NCBI GenBank assembly: GCA_029851105.1
Contig: CP099822.1
Coordinates: forward strand, 120,001-152,000
Direction: 5' to 3'
Origin: Candidatus Saccharimonadota bacterium
Lineage (GTDB): Bacteria; Bacteroidota; Bacteroidia; Flavobacteriales; Blattabacteriaceae
Length of the DNA stretch: 32,000 bases
Part shown: positions 1-10,032 of the stretch, in pieces
Position numbering within the stretch: the first letter of the stretch is position 1
Layout: every line of letters starts with the position of its first letter
Translations under genes and position numbers: made by a program
The notes under the pieces: generated by a model
The model's database searches: none
What the model was told of the DNA's origin: nothing
What the model saw: the letters and a program-made list of their open reading frames with translations, nothing else

Positions 1-1
1 A

Positions 2-703
2 AAAAATGTATGGTCAACTTCATGGGGACTTTCTACTAGATTAATAGGAGCTATAATTATGATACATTCTGATAAAAAAGGATTAATATTACCACCTAAA
101 ATTTCTCCTATTCATATTATAATAATACCTATTATAAATAATAAAAATTTTTTTTTATTAAAAAAAATAAATTTAATAGTTAAAAAAATTAAAAAAATTT
201 TTTTTATTAAAAAATTAAAAATTAATATAAAATATGATAATAATTTAAATAAAAGTCCTGGATATAAATTTTATAAATATGAAAAAATGGGTATTCCTAT
301 TAGAATTAATATAGGAGAAAAAGAAATTAAAAATAATATAATAGAAGTTATTAGAAGAGATAATTTTAAAAAATATATTTTAAAATTAAAAAATAATTTA
401 TATAAAAAAATAATAAAATTATTAAATATAATACAAAATAATATATATTATATAGCTAAAAAAAATATGAAAAAAAAAATATTTAAAATTAATAATTATA
501 AAAAATTTAAATTTTTTTTTAAAAAAAAAAATGGATTTATATTATCAAATTTTGATATTAAAAATAAAAATAATTTAGAATTAAAAATTAAAAAAGAAAC
601 AAAAGCTACAATAAGATGTATTATAAATAAAAATAAAAATGGTAAATGTTTATATAGTAATAAAAAAACAAATAAAATAGTAATTTTTGGTAAATCTTAT
701 TAA
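2..703 (+). CDS. proS: Prolyl-tRNA synthetase, 3' portion (5' end lies outside the window)
   Basis: Frame 2 is open from base 2. It reads KNVWSTSWGLSTRLIGAIIMIHSDKKGLILPPKISP, the class II ProRS motif-3 region. The C-terminus ATIRCI...C...FGKSY ends in Tyr, as in archaeal/Bacteroidota-type ProRS. Stop codon is TAA. Confidence 0.85.
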   Translation, partial: KNVWSTSWGLSTRLIGAIIMIHSDKKGLILPPKISPIHIIIIPIINNKNFFLLKKINLIVKKIKKIFFIKKLKINIKYDNNLNKSPGYKFYKYEKMGIPIRINIGEKEIKNNIIEVIRRDNFKKYILKLKNNLYKKIIKLLNIIQNNIYYIAKKNMKKKIFKINNYKKFKFFFKKKNGFILSNFDIKNKNNLELKIKKETKATIRCIINKNKNGKCLYSNKKTNKIVIFGKSY

Positions 704-729
704 TTTTTTTAAATATTAATATTTTAAAA

Positions 730-2553
730 TTAAAAAATAAAATTAATTAATTTATTAATAAAATTATTTAATTTTTTACCTTTTAATAAATTTTTTAAAA
801 TAAAATTAAAATTTAATATTATTTTTAACATTTTTTCTTTTTTAATATTATTATTTTCATTTATTATTTTTTTTATAATTTTATTATCTAAATTTATAAT
901 TAAATTATAATTTTCTAATAAATTATTTTTTTTAAAATTAGAATTATTAAATTTATTAATTTCTTTAATTCTATTTATATATTCTGGTATATTAATAATA
1001 ATAGGTTCTATTTTTTTAGATAAATTTTCTAAATAAATATTAAATTTTTTATATTTAAATTTAATATTTTTTTTTATTAAAATTTTTAATTCTTCTTTTT
1101 TTTTATCATCTATTAATAAAAAATTATTTTTTTTTAAAATATTAAAATTATTTAAATAATCTGAATCTACACTAAAAAATCTTATATCATTATCTAATGA
1201 TTCTAATTTTTGTATTAAATGTAAAAAAATAGGATTTTCTGATAAAATTATATATTTATATCCTTTTTCTTTAGCTTTTTTTATATAATTATATTGATTA
1301 TAATAATTTGTAGAATACAAAATAATAATTTTATTATTTTTATCTATTTGTTTTTTATTTTTTATTATTTTATTTTTAATTTTATCTATAGTATAATATT
1401 TATTATTTATTAATTTATATAACATTATTTTATTATTATTTTTTAAAAAATAATCATTACTAATAATTCCATATATTACTAATGTTTCTACATATTGCCA
1501 TTTTTTTTCAATTTTTTTATTTTTTATTTCATATTCAATTTTATTAAATACTTTTCTTATTATATAATTTTTTATTTTAATTATATTTTTATTATATCTT
1601 ATATTAGATCTAGATATATTTAAAATTATTTCATTTGAATCTATTATACCTTTTAATAATATTAAAAAATCTGGTATTATATTTTTTATATTATTAGTAA
1701 CAAAGATTTGTTTTTGATATATATATATATTATTTTTTTTTAAATTTATATAATTTTGAATTTTAGGTAAATATAATATACCTTTTAAATTAAAAGGATA
1801 ATCTATTTTTAGATGAATATAAAAAATAGGATTATTAATTTCATTTTTAAATAAATAATGATAAAAATCAATACTTTCTTTAGTATTAATTTTATCTTTT
1901 ATCCATATAGGTTTTTTATTATTTATAATTTTTTTTTTTTTATCATAAAATATTATAGGAATAAATAAAAAATTACAATATTTTTTTATTAATGATATAA
2001 TTTTATTTTTACTTAAAAATTTTTTTTTATTAATATATAATATTATTTTAGTACCTCTATCTACTTTTTTATTTAATTTTTTCATTAAAAATTCTGTTGT
2101 ACCTTTACAACTCCAATATATTGGTTTTTTATTTTTTTTATAAGATTGACTAATTATTTCTACTTTTTTAGAAACTAAAAAAGAAGAATAAAACCCTAAT
2201 CCAAAATATCCTATAATGTCATTTTTACTATTTTTATATTTTTTAATAAAATTTTTAGCTCCTGAAAAAGCTATTTTATTGATATATTTTTTTACATCAT
2301 TATAAGTCATCCCTATACCATTATCAATAATAATTATTTTTTTTTTTTTTTTATTAATATTAATTTTAATTTTAAATTTATTTAAATTTATATTTAATTT
2401 TTTAATATTTATTAAATTTTTTAATTTTAAAATAGCATCATTAGCATTAGATAATAATTCTCTAATAAATATATCATCATTAGTATATAAAAATTTTTTT
2501 ATTATAGGAAATATTTTTTTTATATCTATATTAAGATTACCTTTAATTTTCAT
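730..2553 (-). CDS. htpG: Molecular chaperone HtpG (Hsp90)
   Basis: 607-aa ORF with GHKL ATPase motifs (IFIRELLSNANDA, DNGIGMT, GYFGLGFYSSFLV). Confidence 0.9.
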   Translation of the reverse strand: MKIKGNLNIDIKKIFPIIKKFLYTNDDIFIRELLSNANDAILKLKNLINIKKLNINLNKFKIKININKKKKKIIIIDNGIGMTYNDVKKYINKIAFSGAKNFIKKYKNSKNDIIGYFGLGFYSSFLVSKKVEIISQSYKKNKKPIYWSCKGTTEFLMKKLNKKVDRGTKIILYINKKKFLSKNKIISLIKKYCNFLFIPIIFYDKKKKIINNKKPIWIKDKINTKESIDFYHYLFKNEINNPIFYIHLKIDYPFNLKGILYLPKIQNYINLKKNNIYIYQKQIFVTNNIKNIIPDFLILLKGIIDSNEIILNISRSNIRYNKNIIKIKNYIIRKVFNKIEYEIKNKKIEKKWQYVETLVIYGIISNDYFLKNNNKIMLYKLINNKYYTIDKIKNKIIKNKKQIDKNNKIIILYSTNYYNQYNYIKKAKEKGYKYIILSENPIFLHLIQKLESLDNDIRFFSVDSDYLNNFNILKKNNFLLIDDKKKEELKILIKKNIKFKYKKFNIYLENLSKKIEPIIINIPEYINRIKEINKFNNSNFKKNNLLENYNLIINLDNKIIKKIINENNNIKKEKMLKIILNFNFILKNLLKGKKLNNFINKLINFIF

Positions 2554-2564
2554 TTTTTTTAAGT

Positions 2565-3476
2565 TTAAAATAATTTATTTTTTAAATATTCAAATATTTT
2601 TTTTTTTTTTTTTGGATTAAACCATTTTATATCTTTATATTTTTTAAACCAATTAATTTGTCTTTTGGCATAATTTCTAGTATTTTTTTTAATTTCTTTA
2701 ATACAATTATTTAAACTAATTTTTTTTAATAAATAATTAAAAACTTCTTTATAACCAATAGTATTTAAAGAATTTAATTTTAAATTAAAATATTTTAAAT
2801 TTTTTTTAACTTCTTTTATAAGACCTTTTTTTATCATTAAATCTACTTTTTTATTTATTTTTTTATAAATTTTTTTTCTTTTTAAAATTAATCCTATTCT
2901 TATATATTTATCAAATGGTCTTTTTTGTTTTTTTTTATTATAAAAAAAAGAAATTTTTTTTTTTAGAATTTTTTTTATTTCTAATCCTCTTATTATTTTT
3001 CTTTTATCTTTTTTATTTTTTAAATAATTAAAATATTTTATATCTTTTTTTTTTAATTTTTTTAATAAAAAACTAATTTTTTTTGAAAATAATTTTTTTC
3101 TAATTTTTTGTAATTTATATTTATTAATATTAGGTATATAATTAATACCTTCAATTATAGCTTTTTCATATAAACAAGAACCACCTACCATTAAAATATT
3201 ATTATATTTTAAAAATAATTTTGATAATAATTTAATTATATCTTTTTCATATTTATAAATATTATATTCTTCTTTAATACTTAAATTACCTATAAAATGA
3301 TGTTTAATTTCTTTTAATTTTTTTTTTGATGGTTGTGAAGTACCTATTTTTAATTCTTTATAAAATTGTCTAGAATCACAAGATATAATTTCAGTTTTAA
3401 TTTTTTTAGCTAAATAAATAGATAATTTAGTTTTACCTATTCCAGTAGGACCTATTATAGAAATTAAAACTTTCAT
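2565..3476 (-). CDS. miaA: tRNA dimethylallyltransferase
   Basis: 303-aa ORF with P-loop IIGPTGIGKTKLS followed by IISCDSRQFYKELKIGTSQPS, typical of MiaA. Confidence 0.9.
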   Translation of the reverse strand: MKVLISIIGPTGIGKTKLSIYLAKKIKTEIISCDSRQFYKELKIGTSQPSKKKLKEIKHHFIGNLSIKEEYNIYKYEKDIIKLLSKLFLKYNNILMVGGSCLYEKAIIEGINYIPNINKYKLQKIRKKLFSKKISFLLKKLKKKDIKYFNYLKNKKDKRKIIRGLEIKKILKKKISFFYNKKKQKRPFDKYIRIGLILKRKKIYKKINKKVDLMIKKGLIKEVKKNLKYFNLKLNSLNTIGYKEVFNYLLKKISLNNCIKEIKKNTRNYAKRQINWFKKYKDIKWFNPKKKKKIFEYLKNKLF

Positions 3477-3495
3477 TTAAAAAATATATTAAAAT

Positions 3496-4572
3496 TTAAA
3501 TTTTAATTTTATATAAATTATTTAATAAAAAATAATCTAAAATAACTAAAGCAGTCATAGATTCTACTATAGGAACAGCTCTAGGTAAAACACATGGATC
3601 ATGTCTACCTTTAATTTTAATTTTTACTTTTTTATTATTTTTATCTATACTATATTGACTTTTAGTAATAGTTGAAACAGGTTTAAAAGCAACATTAAAA
3701 TATATATCCATACCATTAGAAATACCTCCTTGTATACCACCTGAATTATTAGTTTTTGTAATACCATTTTTTATAAAAATATCATTATGTTTAGAACCTT
3801 TAATTTTAGTACCTTTAAATCCACTTCCATATTCAAATCCTTTTACTGCATTAATAGATAACATAGCTTTACCTAATTCAGAATGTAATTTATCAAAAAT
3901 TGGTTCTCCTAATCCTATAGGAATATTTTTTATTATACAAGTAATTATACCACCTATTGAATCACCTTTTTTTTTAATTTTTTTAATTAAATTTATCATT
4001 TTTTCAGATTTTTTTTTATCTGGACATCTTATAATACTTTTTTCTATATTCTTAATATTAAGATTTAATTCATTATATTTTTTATTTAATTTTATTTTAC
4101 CTACTGAAGAAACATAAGCTGTAATTTCTATATTTTTTATTATTTGTTTAGCAATACTTCCAGCTACTACTCTACAAACAGTTTCTCTAGCTGAAGATCT
4201 ACCACCTCCTCTATAATCTCTAATTTTATATTTTTTATAATATGTATAATCTGCATGAGAAGGTCTATATATATTTTTTATATTATTATAATCTTTAGAT
4301 TTTTGATCTTTATTATATATAATAAATCCTATAGGTGTACCAGTAGTTATATTATTAAATATACCAGATAAAAATTCTACTTTATCTTTTTCTTTTCTAG
4401 GTGTTACTATTTTTGATTGACCTGTTTTTCTTCTATTTATATCAAAATTAATCTTATTAAAATCAATTTTTATGCCTGATGGACAACCATCTATTATACC
4501 TCCTATAGCTTTACCATGACTTTCACCAAAAGTTGTTAATTTAAATATTTTACCAAATGTATTACCAGCCAT
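3496..4572 (-). CDS. aroC: Chorismate synthase (shikimate pathway)
   Basis: 358-aa ORF: [20 protein letters not shown]..., [32 protein letters not shown]. Noticeably higher G+C and better conserved than its neighbours. Confidence 0.93.
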   Translation of the reverse strand: MAGNTFGKIFKLTTFGESHGKAIGGIIDGCPSGIKIDFNKINFDINRRKTGQSKIVTPRKEKDKVEFLSGIFNNITTGTPIGFIIYNKDQKSKDYNNIKNIYRPSHADYTYYKKYKIRDYRGGGRSSARETVCRVVAGSIAKQIIKNIEITAYVSSVGKIKLNKKYNELNLNIKNIEKSIIRCPDKKKSEKMINLIKKIKKKGDSIGGIITCIIKNIPIGLGEPIFDKLHSELGKAMLSINAVKGFEYGSGFKGTKIKGSKHNDIFIKNGITKTNNSGGIQGGISNGMDIYFNVAFKPVSTITKSQYSIDKNNKKVKIKIKGRHDPCVLPRAVPIVESMTALVILDYFLLNNLYKIKI

Positions 4573-4641
4573 AATTTTTATTTTTAAATAAAATATATAA
4601 ATTAATGTATAAAAATTAAAATTTAATTAATTTTAAAAAAA

Positions 4642-6573
4642 ATGAAAAAAAAAAAATATACTTCTAAAAATATAAAATATTTTAAAAATATTGAACATAT
4701 TAGAAAAAGACCTTCTATGTATATAGGAGATATAAATATTAATGGATTACATCATATACTATATGAAGTATTAAATAATTCTTTAGATGAATATTCTATG
4801 GGTTTTTGTAACCAAATATTTGTTATTATAAATAATAATAAATCTATTACTATAGAAGATAATGGTAGAGGTATACCTATAGATATATATAAAAAAAAAA
4901 AAAAATCAGCATTAGAAATAATAATGACTAAAATAGGTTCAGGTGGAAAATTTGATAAATCATCTTATAAATTTTCTAGTGGATTACATGGTGTAGGATT
5001 ATCTTGTGTTAATGCATTATCTAAAAAATTAGTAATTAAAATTTATAGAAATAATTTAATTTATAAACAAAAATATTATAAAGGTAATCCATTATATAAT
5101 GTAAAAGTAATTAATAAAAATAAAATAAAAAAAAATGGTACTAAAATAAAATATACTATAGATGATAGTATTTTTAAATATACAAAATATAATTATAATT
5201 TAATATTAAAATATTTAGAAGAATTATCTTTTTTAAATAAAAATTTAAAATTTTTTTTATATGATAAAAGAACTAATAATAAAAAAATTATTTTGTCATC
5301 TAATGGATTAAAAGATTTTATTGATTATTTAGATATAAAAAAAAAAAATTTAGTTATTAAAAAAGATTTTTATTTAAATAAAAAAATAAAAAATAAAATT
5401 TATATAGAATTAATAATTAGATTTAAATATTTTAGTAATGAAAAAATTTTATCATATGTTAATAATATAAAAACTATTAATGGTGGAACACATGTTATAG
5501 GATTAAAAAAAGCTTTAATTAAAACATTTAAAAAATATATTTATTTAAAAAAAAATAATGATGATATTAATATTAATATTAATAATATTAATAAAGATAT
5601 TATTGAAGGTATTTTAGCAATATTATCTATAAAATTAAATAATCCTGAATTTGAAGGTCAAACTAAAAATAGTTTAGCTAATAAAGATATTATTATTTTA
5701 ATAGAAGAAATTATTAATTTTAATTTAAATATTTTTTTAGAAGAAAATCCTATTTTTTGTAAAAAATTAATTAATAAAATTTTAATTAATTATAAAGCTA
5801 GAAATATGGCTAAAAAAATAAAAGAAAATATACAAAAAAAAAATATTAATTTATATAAAAATATTATACCTAATAAATTTTCAGATTGTACTTATGATGA
5901 TCCTAATAAATGTGAAATTTTTTTAGTAGAAGGTGATTCAGCAGGTGGTACTGCTAAACAAGGACGTAATAGAAAATTTCAAGCTATATTACCTTTAAAA
6001 GGTAAAATATTAAATGTAGAAAAAACTATTAAAAATAAATTTTTAGATAATAATGAAATTAAAAATATATTTTCAGTTTTAAATGTTTTTTTAGAAAAAA
6101 AAAATTGTTTTTTAGAACTAAATATAAAAAAATTAAAATATAAAAAAATAATTATAATGACTGATGCTGATATAGATGGTAAACATATTTCTACATTAAT
6201 ATTAACTTTTTTATTTAAATGTATGAGAATTTTAATTAATAAAGGTTATGTTTATATAGCTAACCCTCCTTTATATATGATAAAAAAAAATAAAAAAAAA
6301 ATATATATATGGAATGAATTAGAAAAAAAAAAAATTATTGATAATAATAAAAATAAAAAAATTTATATTCAAAGATATAAAGGATTAGGAGAAATGAATT
6401 CTAATCAATTATGGGATACTACTATGAATCCTAAAAAAAGATTTTTAAAAAGAATTTATATTAAAAATTTTAATAAAAGTAATATTATGTTTAATATATT
6501 AATGGGAGAAAATATTTTAGATAGAAAAAAATTTATTAAAAAAAATTATTTTTTAGCTAAAATTAATATTTAA
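4642..6573 (+). CDS. gyrB: DNA gyrase subunit B
   Basis: 643-aa ORF with IRKRPSMYIGD, LHHILYEVLNNSLDE, GLHGVGLSCVNALS, the Toprim motif EIFLVEGDSAGGTAKQGR and IMTDADIDGKHI. A ParE assignment cannot be formally excluded from sequence alone. Confidence 0.85.
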   Translation: MKKKKYTSKNIKYFKNIEHIRKRPSMYIGDININGLHHILYEVLNNSLDEYSMGFCNQIFVIINNNKSITIEDNGRGIPIDIYKKKKKSALEIIMTKIGSGGKFDKSSYKFSSGLHGVGLSCVNALSKKLVIKIYRNNLIYKQKYYKGNPLYNVKVINKNKIKKNGTKIKYTIDDSIFKYTKYNYNLILKYLEELSFLNKNLKFFLYDKRTNNKKIILSSNGLKDFIDYLDIKKKNLVIKKDFYLNKKIKNKIYIELIIRFKYFSNEKILSYVNNIKTINGGTHVIGLKKALIKTFKKYIYLKKNNDDINININNINKDIIEGILAILSIKLNNPEFEGQTKNSLANKDIIILIEEIINFNLNIFLEENPIFCKKLINKILINYKARNMAKKIKENIQKKNINLYKNIIPNKFSDCTYDDPNKCEIFLVEGDSAGGTAKQGRNRKFQAILPLKGKILNVEKTIKNKFLDNNEIKNIFSVLNVFLEKKNCFLELNIKKLKYKKIIIMTDADIDGKHISTLILTFLFKCMRILINKGYVYIANPPLYMIKKNKKKIYIWNELEKKKIIDNNKNKKIYIQRYKGLGEMNSNQLWDTTMNPKKRFLKRIYIKNFNKSNIMFNILMGENILDRKKFIKKNYFLAKINI

Positions 6574-6575
6574 TT

Positions 6576-6821
6576 TTAATTTTTTTTTAAAAAAATAGAT
6601 TTTTTTTTAAATATAAAATTAACAGTTTTAGTATATTTTACACCATATTTTAACCATTTTTTAGTTTCTTTTTTATTTAAAGATATTTTTTTTTTTATAG
6701 GATTATAAAATCCTAATTTTTTAATAATTTTACCATTTCTAGGATATTTAATATTAGTTACTACTATAAAATATATAGGATAATGTTTTTTACCTTTTCT
6801 TTGTAATCTTATTTTTAACAT
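6576..6821 (-). CDS. rpsP: 30S ribosomal protein S16
   Basis: 81-aa ORF MLKIRLQRKGKKHYPIYFIVV...GFYNP, a typical S16 N-terminus. Confidence 0.9.
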   Translation of the reverse strand: MLKIRLQRKGKKHYPIYFIVVTNIKYPRNGKIIKKLGFYNPIKKKISLNKKETKKWLKYGVKYTKTVNFIFKKKSIFLKKN

Positions 6822-6890
6822 TTTATTAAAATTTTAAAATTAAATTAATTAATATTTTTTTAAAAAAAAATTTATTTTAAAAAATAAAAT

Positions 6891-6961
6891 CAGACTCGTA
6901 AGGATTTGAACCTTAACTATCAGAATCAAAATCTGATGTGCTACCATTACACAACGAGTCT
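6891..6961 (-). tRNA. tRNA-Gln (anticodon UUG)
   Basis: Hand-folded cloverleaf from the reverse complement: AGACTCG/TT/GTGT-AATGGTA-GCAC/A/TCAGA-TTTTGAT-TCTGA/TAGT/TAAGG-TTCAAAT-CCTTA/CGAGTCT/G. It is a GC island in AT-rich flanks. No encoded CCA. Confidence 0.88.
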
Positions 6962-7004
6962 TTATTTTAATTTTATTATATTAAATAGAATAATAATATT
7001 TTAG

Positions 7005-7958
7005 TTAAAAACAAAATAATTTTTTTTTATTAAAATTAATTAAACTATTATATATATTTATACCTTTTATTTTTTTTTTATTTTCTATTTGACATAGTAA
7101 TAATATTATATATCCATTTTTAACTTTTATTAAAACTTTTTTATTATAAAATAATATTTTTCCTATTTTTATTTTTTTTTTAAAATTAAAATTTATTTTT
7201 TTTATTTTTATTTTATATATATTAAAATAATAAATATTTTTATTTAAATTAATAAAACACCAAGCAGGTTTTTTATTTGATAATCCTTTAACTAAATTTA
7301 AAATTTTTTTTTTTTTATAATTTAAAAAAAAAATTTTAGAATAAAAATTATTTATTTTAGGGGCTATTTTATTATTTATATAAATATTAATTTTTTTTTT
7401 ATTTAAAACTTTTAAAATACTTTTTAAAGTAAATTTTTTAGATTTTTTAGAAATTATATTTTTTAATGTTTTATAATTATATTTTTTTTTAATATATATA
7501 ATTTTTTGTAAAATAATATTTCCACCATCTATATTATCATTTATAAAAAAACTTGTTAATCCAGTTTTTTTTTCTCCATTTATTATAACCCAATTAATAG
7601 GATTAGCCCCTTTATATAAAGGTAATAAAGAAGGATGAATATTAATAGTCCCTAATTTAGGAATTTTCCATATTTTATATTTTATAATTTTAAAAGATAT
7701 TAATAATTGTAAATCTGGTTTAATTTTTTTAATTTTTTTTATATATTTTTTTTTATCTATATTTTCACTATAAATTAAAATTATTTTATTTTTTTTTACT
7801 AAATATTTAATATAATTTTTTTTTTTATTAATTTTATTTTTAGTAGTAATAATACAACTTATTTTATAAAAATATTTTTTTTGATTTTTTATTAAATATT
7901 TTATAGTAGATATACCAAATGTACCATTACTCATTATTATAATTTTTTTATATTTCAT
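7005..7958 (-). CDS. fmt: Methionyl-tRNA formyltransferase
   Basis: 317-aa ORF with INIHPSLLPLYKGANPINWVIINGEKKTGLTSFFINDNIDGGNII, the formyltransferase core. Confidence 0.88.
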   Translation of the reverse strand: MKYKKIIIMSNGTFGISTIKYLIKNQKKYFYKISCIITTKNKINKKKNYIKYLVKKNKIILIYSENIDKKKYIKKIKKIKPDLQLLISFKIIKYKIWKIPKLGTINIHPSLLPLYKGANPINWVIINGEKKTGLTSFFINDNIDGGNIILQKIIYIKKKYNYKTLKNIISKKSKKFTLKSILKVLNKKKINIYINNKIAPKINNFYSKIFFLNYKKKKILNLVKGLSNKKPAWCFINLNKNIYYFNIYKIKIKKINFNFKKKIKIGKILFYNKKVLIKVKNGYIILLLCQIENKKKIKGINIYNSLINFNKKKLFCF

Positions 7959-7982
7959 TATTTTAAAATAAAATAAAATAAA

Positions 7983-8055
7983 TGACCTGGCTGGGATTCG
8001 AACCCAGGACCCTTACATTAAAAGTGTAATGCTCTACCAGCTGAGCTACCAAGTC
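7983..8055 (-). tRNA. tRNA-Lys (anticodon UUU)
   Basis: Reverse complement folds as GACTTGG/TA/GCTC-AGCTGGTA-GAGC/A/TTACA-CTTTTAA-TGTAA/GGGTC/CTGGG-TTCGAAT-CCCAG/CCAGGTC/A. 73 nt, no encoded CCA. Confidence 0.9.
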
Positions 8056-8198
8056 TATTTTTAGAATTTAAAAATTTAATATAATTATATTATAAATATA
8101 ATAATTATTATTTATAATAAAAATAAAAAAAAAAAATATTATATTATTAGGAATATATAAAAAAAAAAATTATTTTTAAAATAAAAAATTAAATATTT

Positions 8199-8726
8199 GT
8201 GAAAATTATTTTAATAGGTTATATGGGTAGTGGTAAATCATATATTGGTAATATATTATCTAATATAATTAATTATTCATTTTATGATTTAGATATATTA
8301 ATATCTAATATTTATAATTTAAGCATAAATAATATATTTAAATTTTATGGTGAAAAAAAATTTAGAATTATAGAAAATAATATTTTAAAAAATTTTTTTT
8401 TTAAAAATTATAATGAATCTTATATTTTATCTGTAGGTGGTGGTACTCCTTGTTTTTTTAATAATATAAATATAATTAATTATTACTCTAATTCATTTTA
8501 TTTAAAAACTAAAAATAAAATTTTATTTAAAAGATTATTATTAGATAATAAAAATAGACCTATTTTAAGGGGGAAAAAAAAAAAAAAATTATTAAATTTT
8601 ATAAAAAAAGATATTAAAAAAAGAGAAAAATATTATTTAAAATCTAAATTTATAATTAATACAAAAAATATTAATTTTAATCAAATAGCTTTTTATATAA
8701 AAAAAAAATTAAATATTAATGTTTAA
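8199..8726 (+). CDS. aroK: Shikimate kinase (GTG start)
   Basis: 175-aa ORF with a GTG start that keeps the beta1/P-loop IILIGYMGSGKSYIG intact, followed by FYDLD and SVGGGTP. The first ATG would truncate the P-loop strand. Contains an in-frame A15 tract at 8574-8588. Confidence 0.85.
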   Translation: MKIILIGYMGSGKSYIGNILSNIINYSFYDLDILISNIYNLSINNIFKFYGEKKFRIIENNILKNFFFKNYNESYILSVGGGTPCFFNNINIINYYSNSFYLKTKNKILFKRLLLDNKNRPILRGKKKKKLLNFIKKDIKKREKYYLKSKFIINTKNINFNQIAFYIKKKLNINV

Positions 8727-10032
8727 TTTTATTAAAGAGAAATTAAAAAAATTAAAAAATAAAAAATTTTTATTAGCTATTAGTGGTGGTATAGATAGTA
8801 TGGTTTTATTAAATATTTTTAATAAAATTTATAAAAAAAATATATATATAGCTAATTGTAATTTTAATTTAGAAAAAAAAAATAATAATAAAAATTTTAT
8901 ATATAAAATATGTAAAAAAAAAAAAATAAATTTTTTTTATAAAAAATTTAATACTAAAAAATTTTCTAAAAAAAAAAAAATTTCAATACAAATGGCAGCT
9001 AGATTATTAAGATATAATTGGTTTTTAAAATTAAAAAAAAAATTAAATTTAAATTATATAGTATTAGCTCATCATTTAGATGATAAAATAGAAACTTTTT
9101 TTATAAATTTATTTAGAAATAGTGGAATATATGGATTAAAAAGTATAAATTTTATAAAAAAAAAAATTTATTTAAGACCATTTATTTTTTTTTATAAAAA
9201 AGATATTATTAAATATGCTATAAAAAATAAAATAAAATGGAAAGAAGATTTAAGTAATTATAAAAATTATTATTTTAGGAATAAAATAAGAAATAATATA
9301 ATACCAGTAATAGAAAATAATGTAATAAATTTTAAAAAAAAAATTATAAAATCTTTAAATAACATTAATTTAGAATATAAATTTATTAAAACAATAATTA
9401 ATTATTATTCTAATAAAATAGAAAAAAAAATTTATAATAATCCATTTTTATTAAAATTAAAATTAAAAAAAATACTTAATATAAAATATTATTATTATAT
9501 TTTATATAAAATTTTATATAAATATGGATTTAAAAATATTAAAATTATTAAAAATTTTTTTTCACTTAAAACAGGTAAATTTATTTTATCTAAAAAATAT
9601 AGATTAATAAAATATAAAAAATTAGGATTATTAACAATAAATAAAAAAAAAAAAATAAATGTAATAATAAAAAATATTAATAAATATAAAATTATTAATA
9701 ATATTTATTTAAAATTTTTTTTTAAAAAAAAAAATATAAAAAAAAAAAAAAAATATATTTATTTAAATTTTAATAAAATTATATTTCCTTTATATATAAG
9801 AAATTGGAATAAAGGAGATTTTTATAAAAATAAAAATAAAAAAATTAATATAAATAAAATATTTAAAAAAAAAAAATTTTCTTTATTTAAAAAAGAAAAT
9901 ATTTATTTATTATTTAATAATAAAAATGAATTTATTTGTACAATAAATATTTTTTTTATTATAAATAAAAAATTTTTAAATTTTAAAAATAAAAATTTTT
10001 TTTATTTTAAATTTTTAAATTATTTTATATGA
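8719..10032 (+). CDS. tilS: tRNA(Ile)-lysidine synthase
   Basis: 437-aa ORF with the PP-loop LLAISGGIDSMVLL and LAHHLDDKIETFFINL. It overlaps aroK by 8 nt (ATGTTTAA). It ends in the only TGA stop seen in the window, within an ATGA overlap with thrS. Confidence 0.85.
   Translation: MFNFIKEKLKKLKNKKFLLAISGGIDSMVLLNIFNKIYKKNIYIANCNFNLEKKNNNKNFIYKICKKKKINFFYKKFNTKKFSKKKKISIQMAARLLRYNWFLKLKKKLNLNYIVLAHHLDDKIETFFINLFRNSGIYGLKSINFIKKKIYLRPFIFFYKKDIIKYAIKNKIKWKEDLSNYKNYYFRNKIRNNIIPVIENNVINFKKKIIKSLNNINLEYKFIKTIINYYSNKIEKKIYNNPFLLKLKLKKILNIKYYYYILYKILYKYGFKNIKIIKNFFSLKTGKFILSKKYRLIKYKKLGLLTINKKKKINVIIKNINKYKIINNIYLKFFFKKKNIKKKKKYIYLNFNKIIFPLYIRNWNKGDFYKNKNKKININKIFKKKKFSLFKKENIYLLFNNKNEFICTINIFFIINKKFLNFKNKNFFYFKFLNYFI

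Noticed and set aside
8056-8198. The largest non-coding gaps (this one, 6822-6890, 15920-15985 and 27095-27155) as possible small RNAs or regulatory elements
   Set aside because: They consist almost purely of A/T, with no G/C-anchored helices and no conserved-looking motif. I cannot support an ncRNA or a specific promoter call (such as a Bacteroidota TAnnTTTG box) from sequence alone.
10030-10032. Possible UGA-to-Trp recoding (genetic code 4), as in some reduced symbionts
   Set aside because: Every conserved protein in the window is full length under the standard code. Every Trp I checked is TGG, and no in-frame TGA is needed anywhere. The single TGA terminates tilS within an ATGA overlap; if read as Trp it would add only 9 more codons before a TAG. 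There is no positive evidence for recoding, although 32 kb cannot exclude it.
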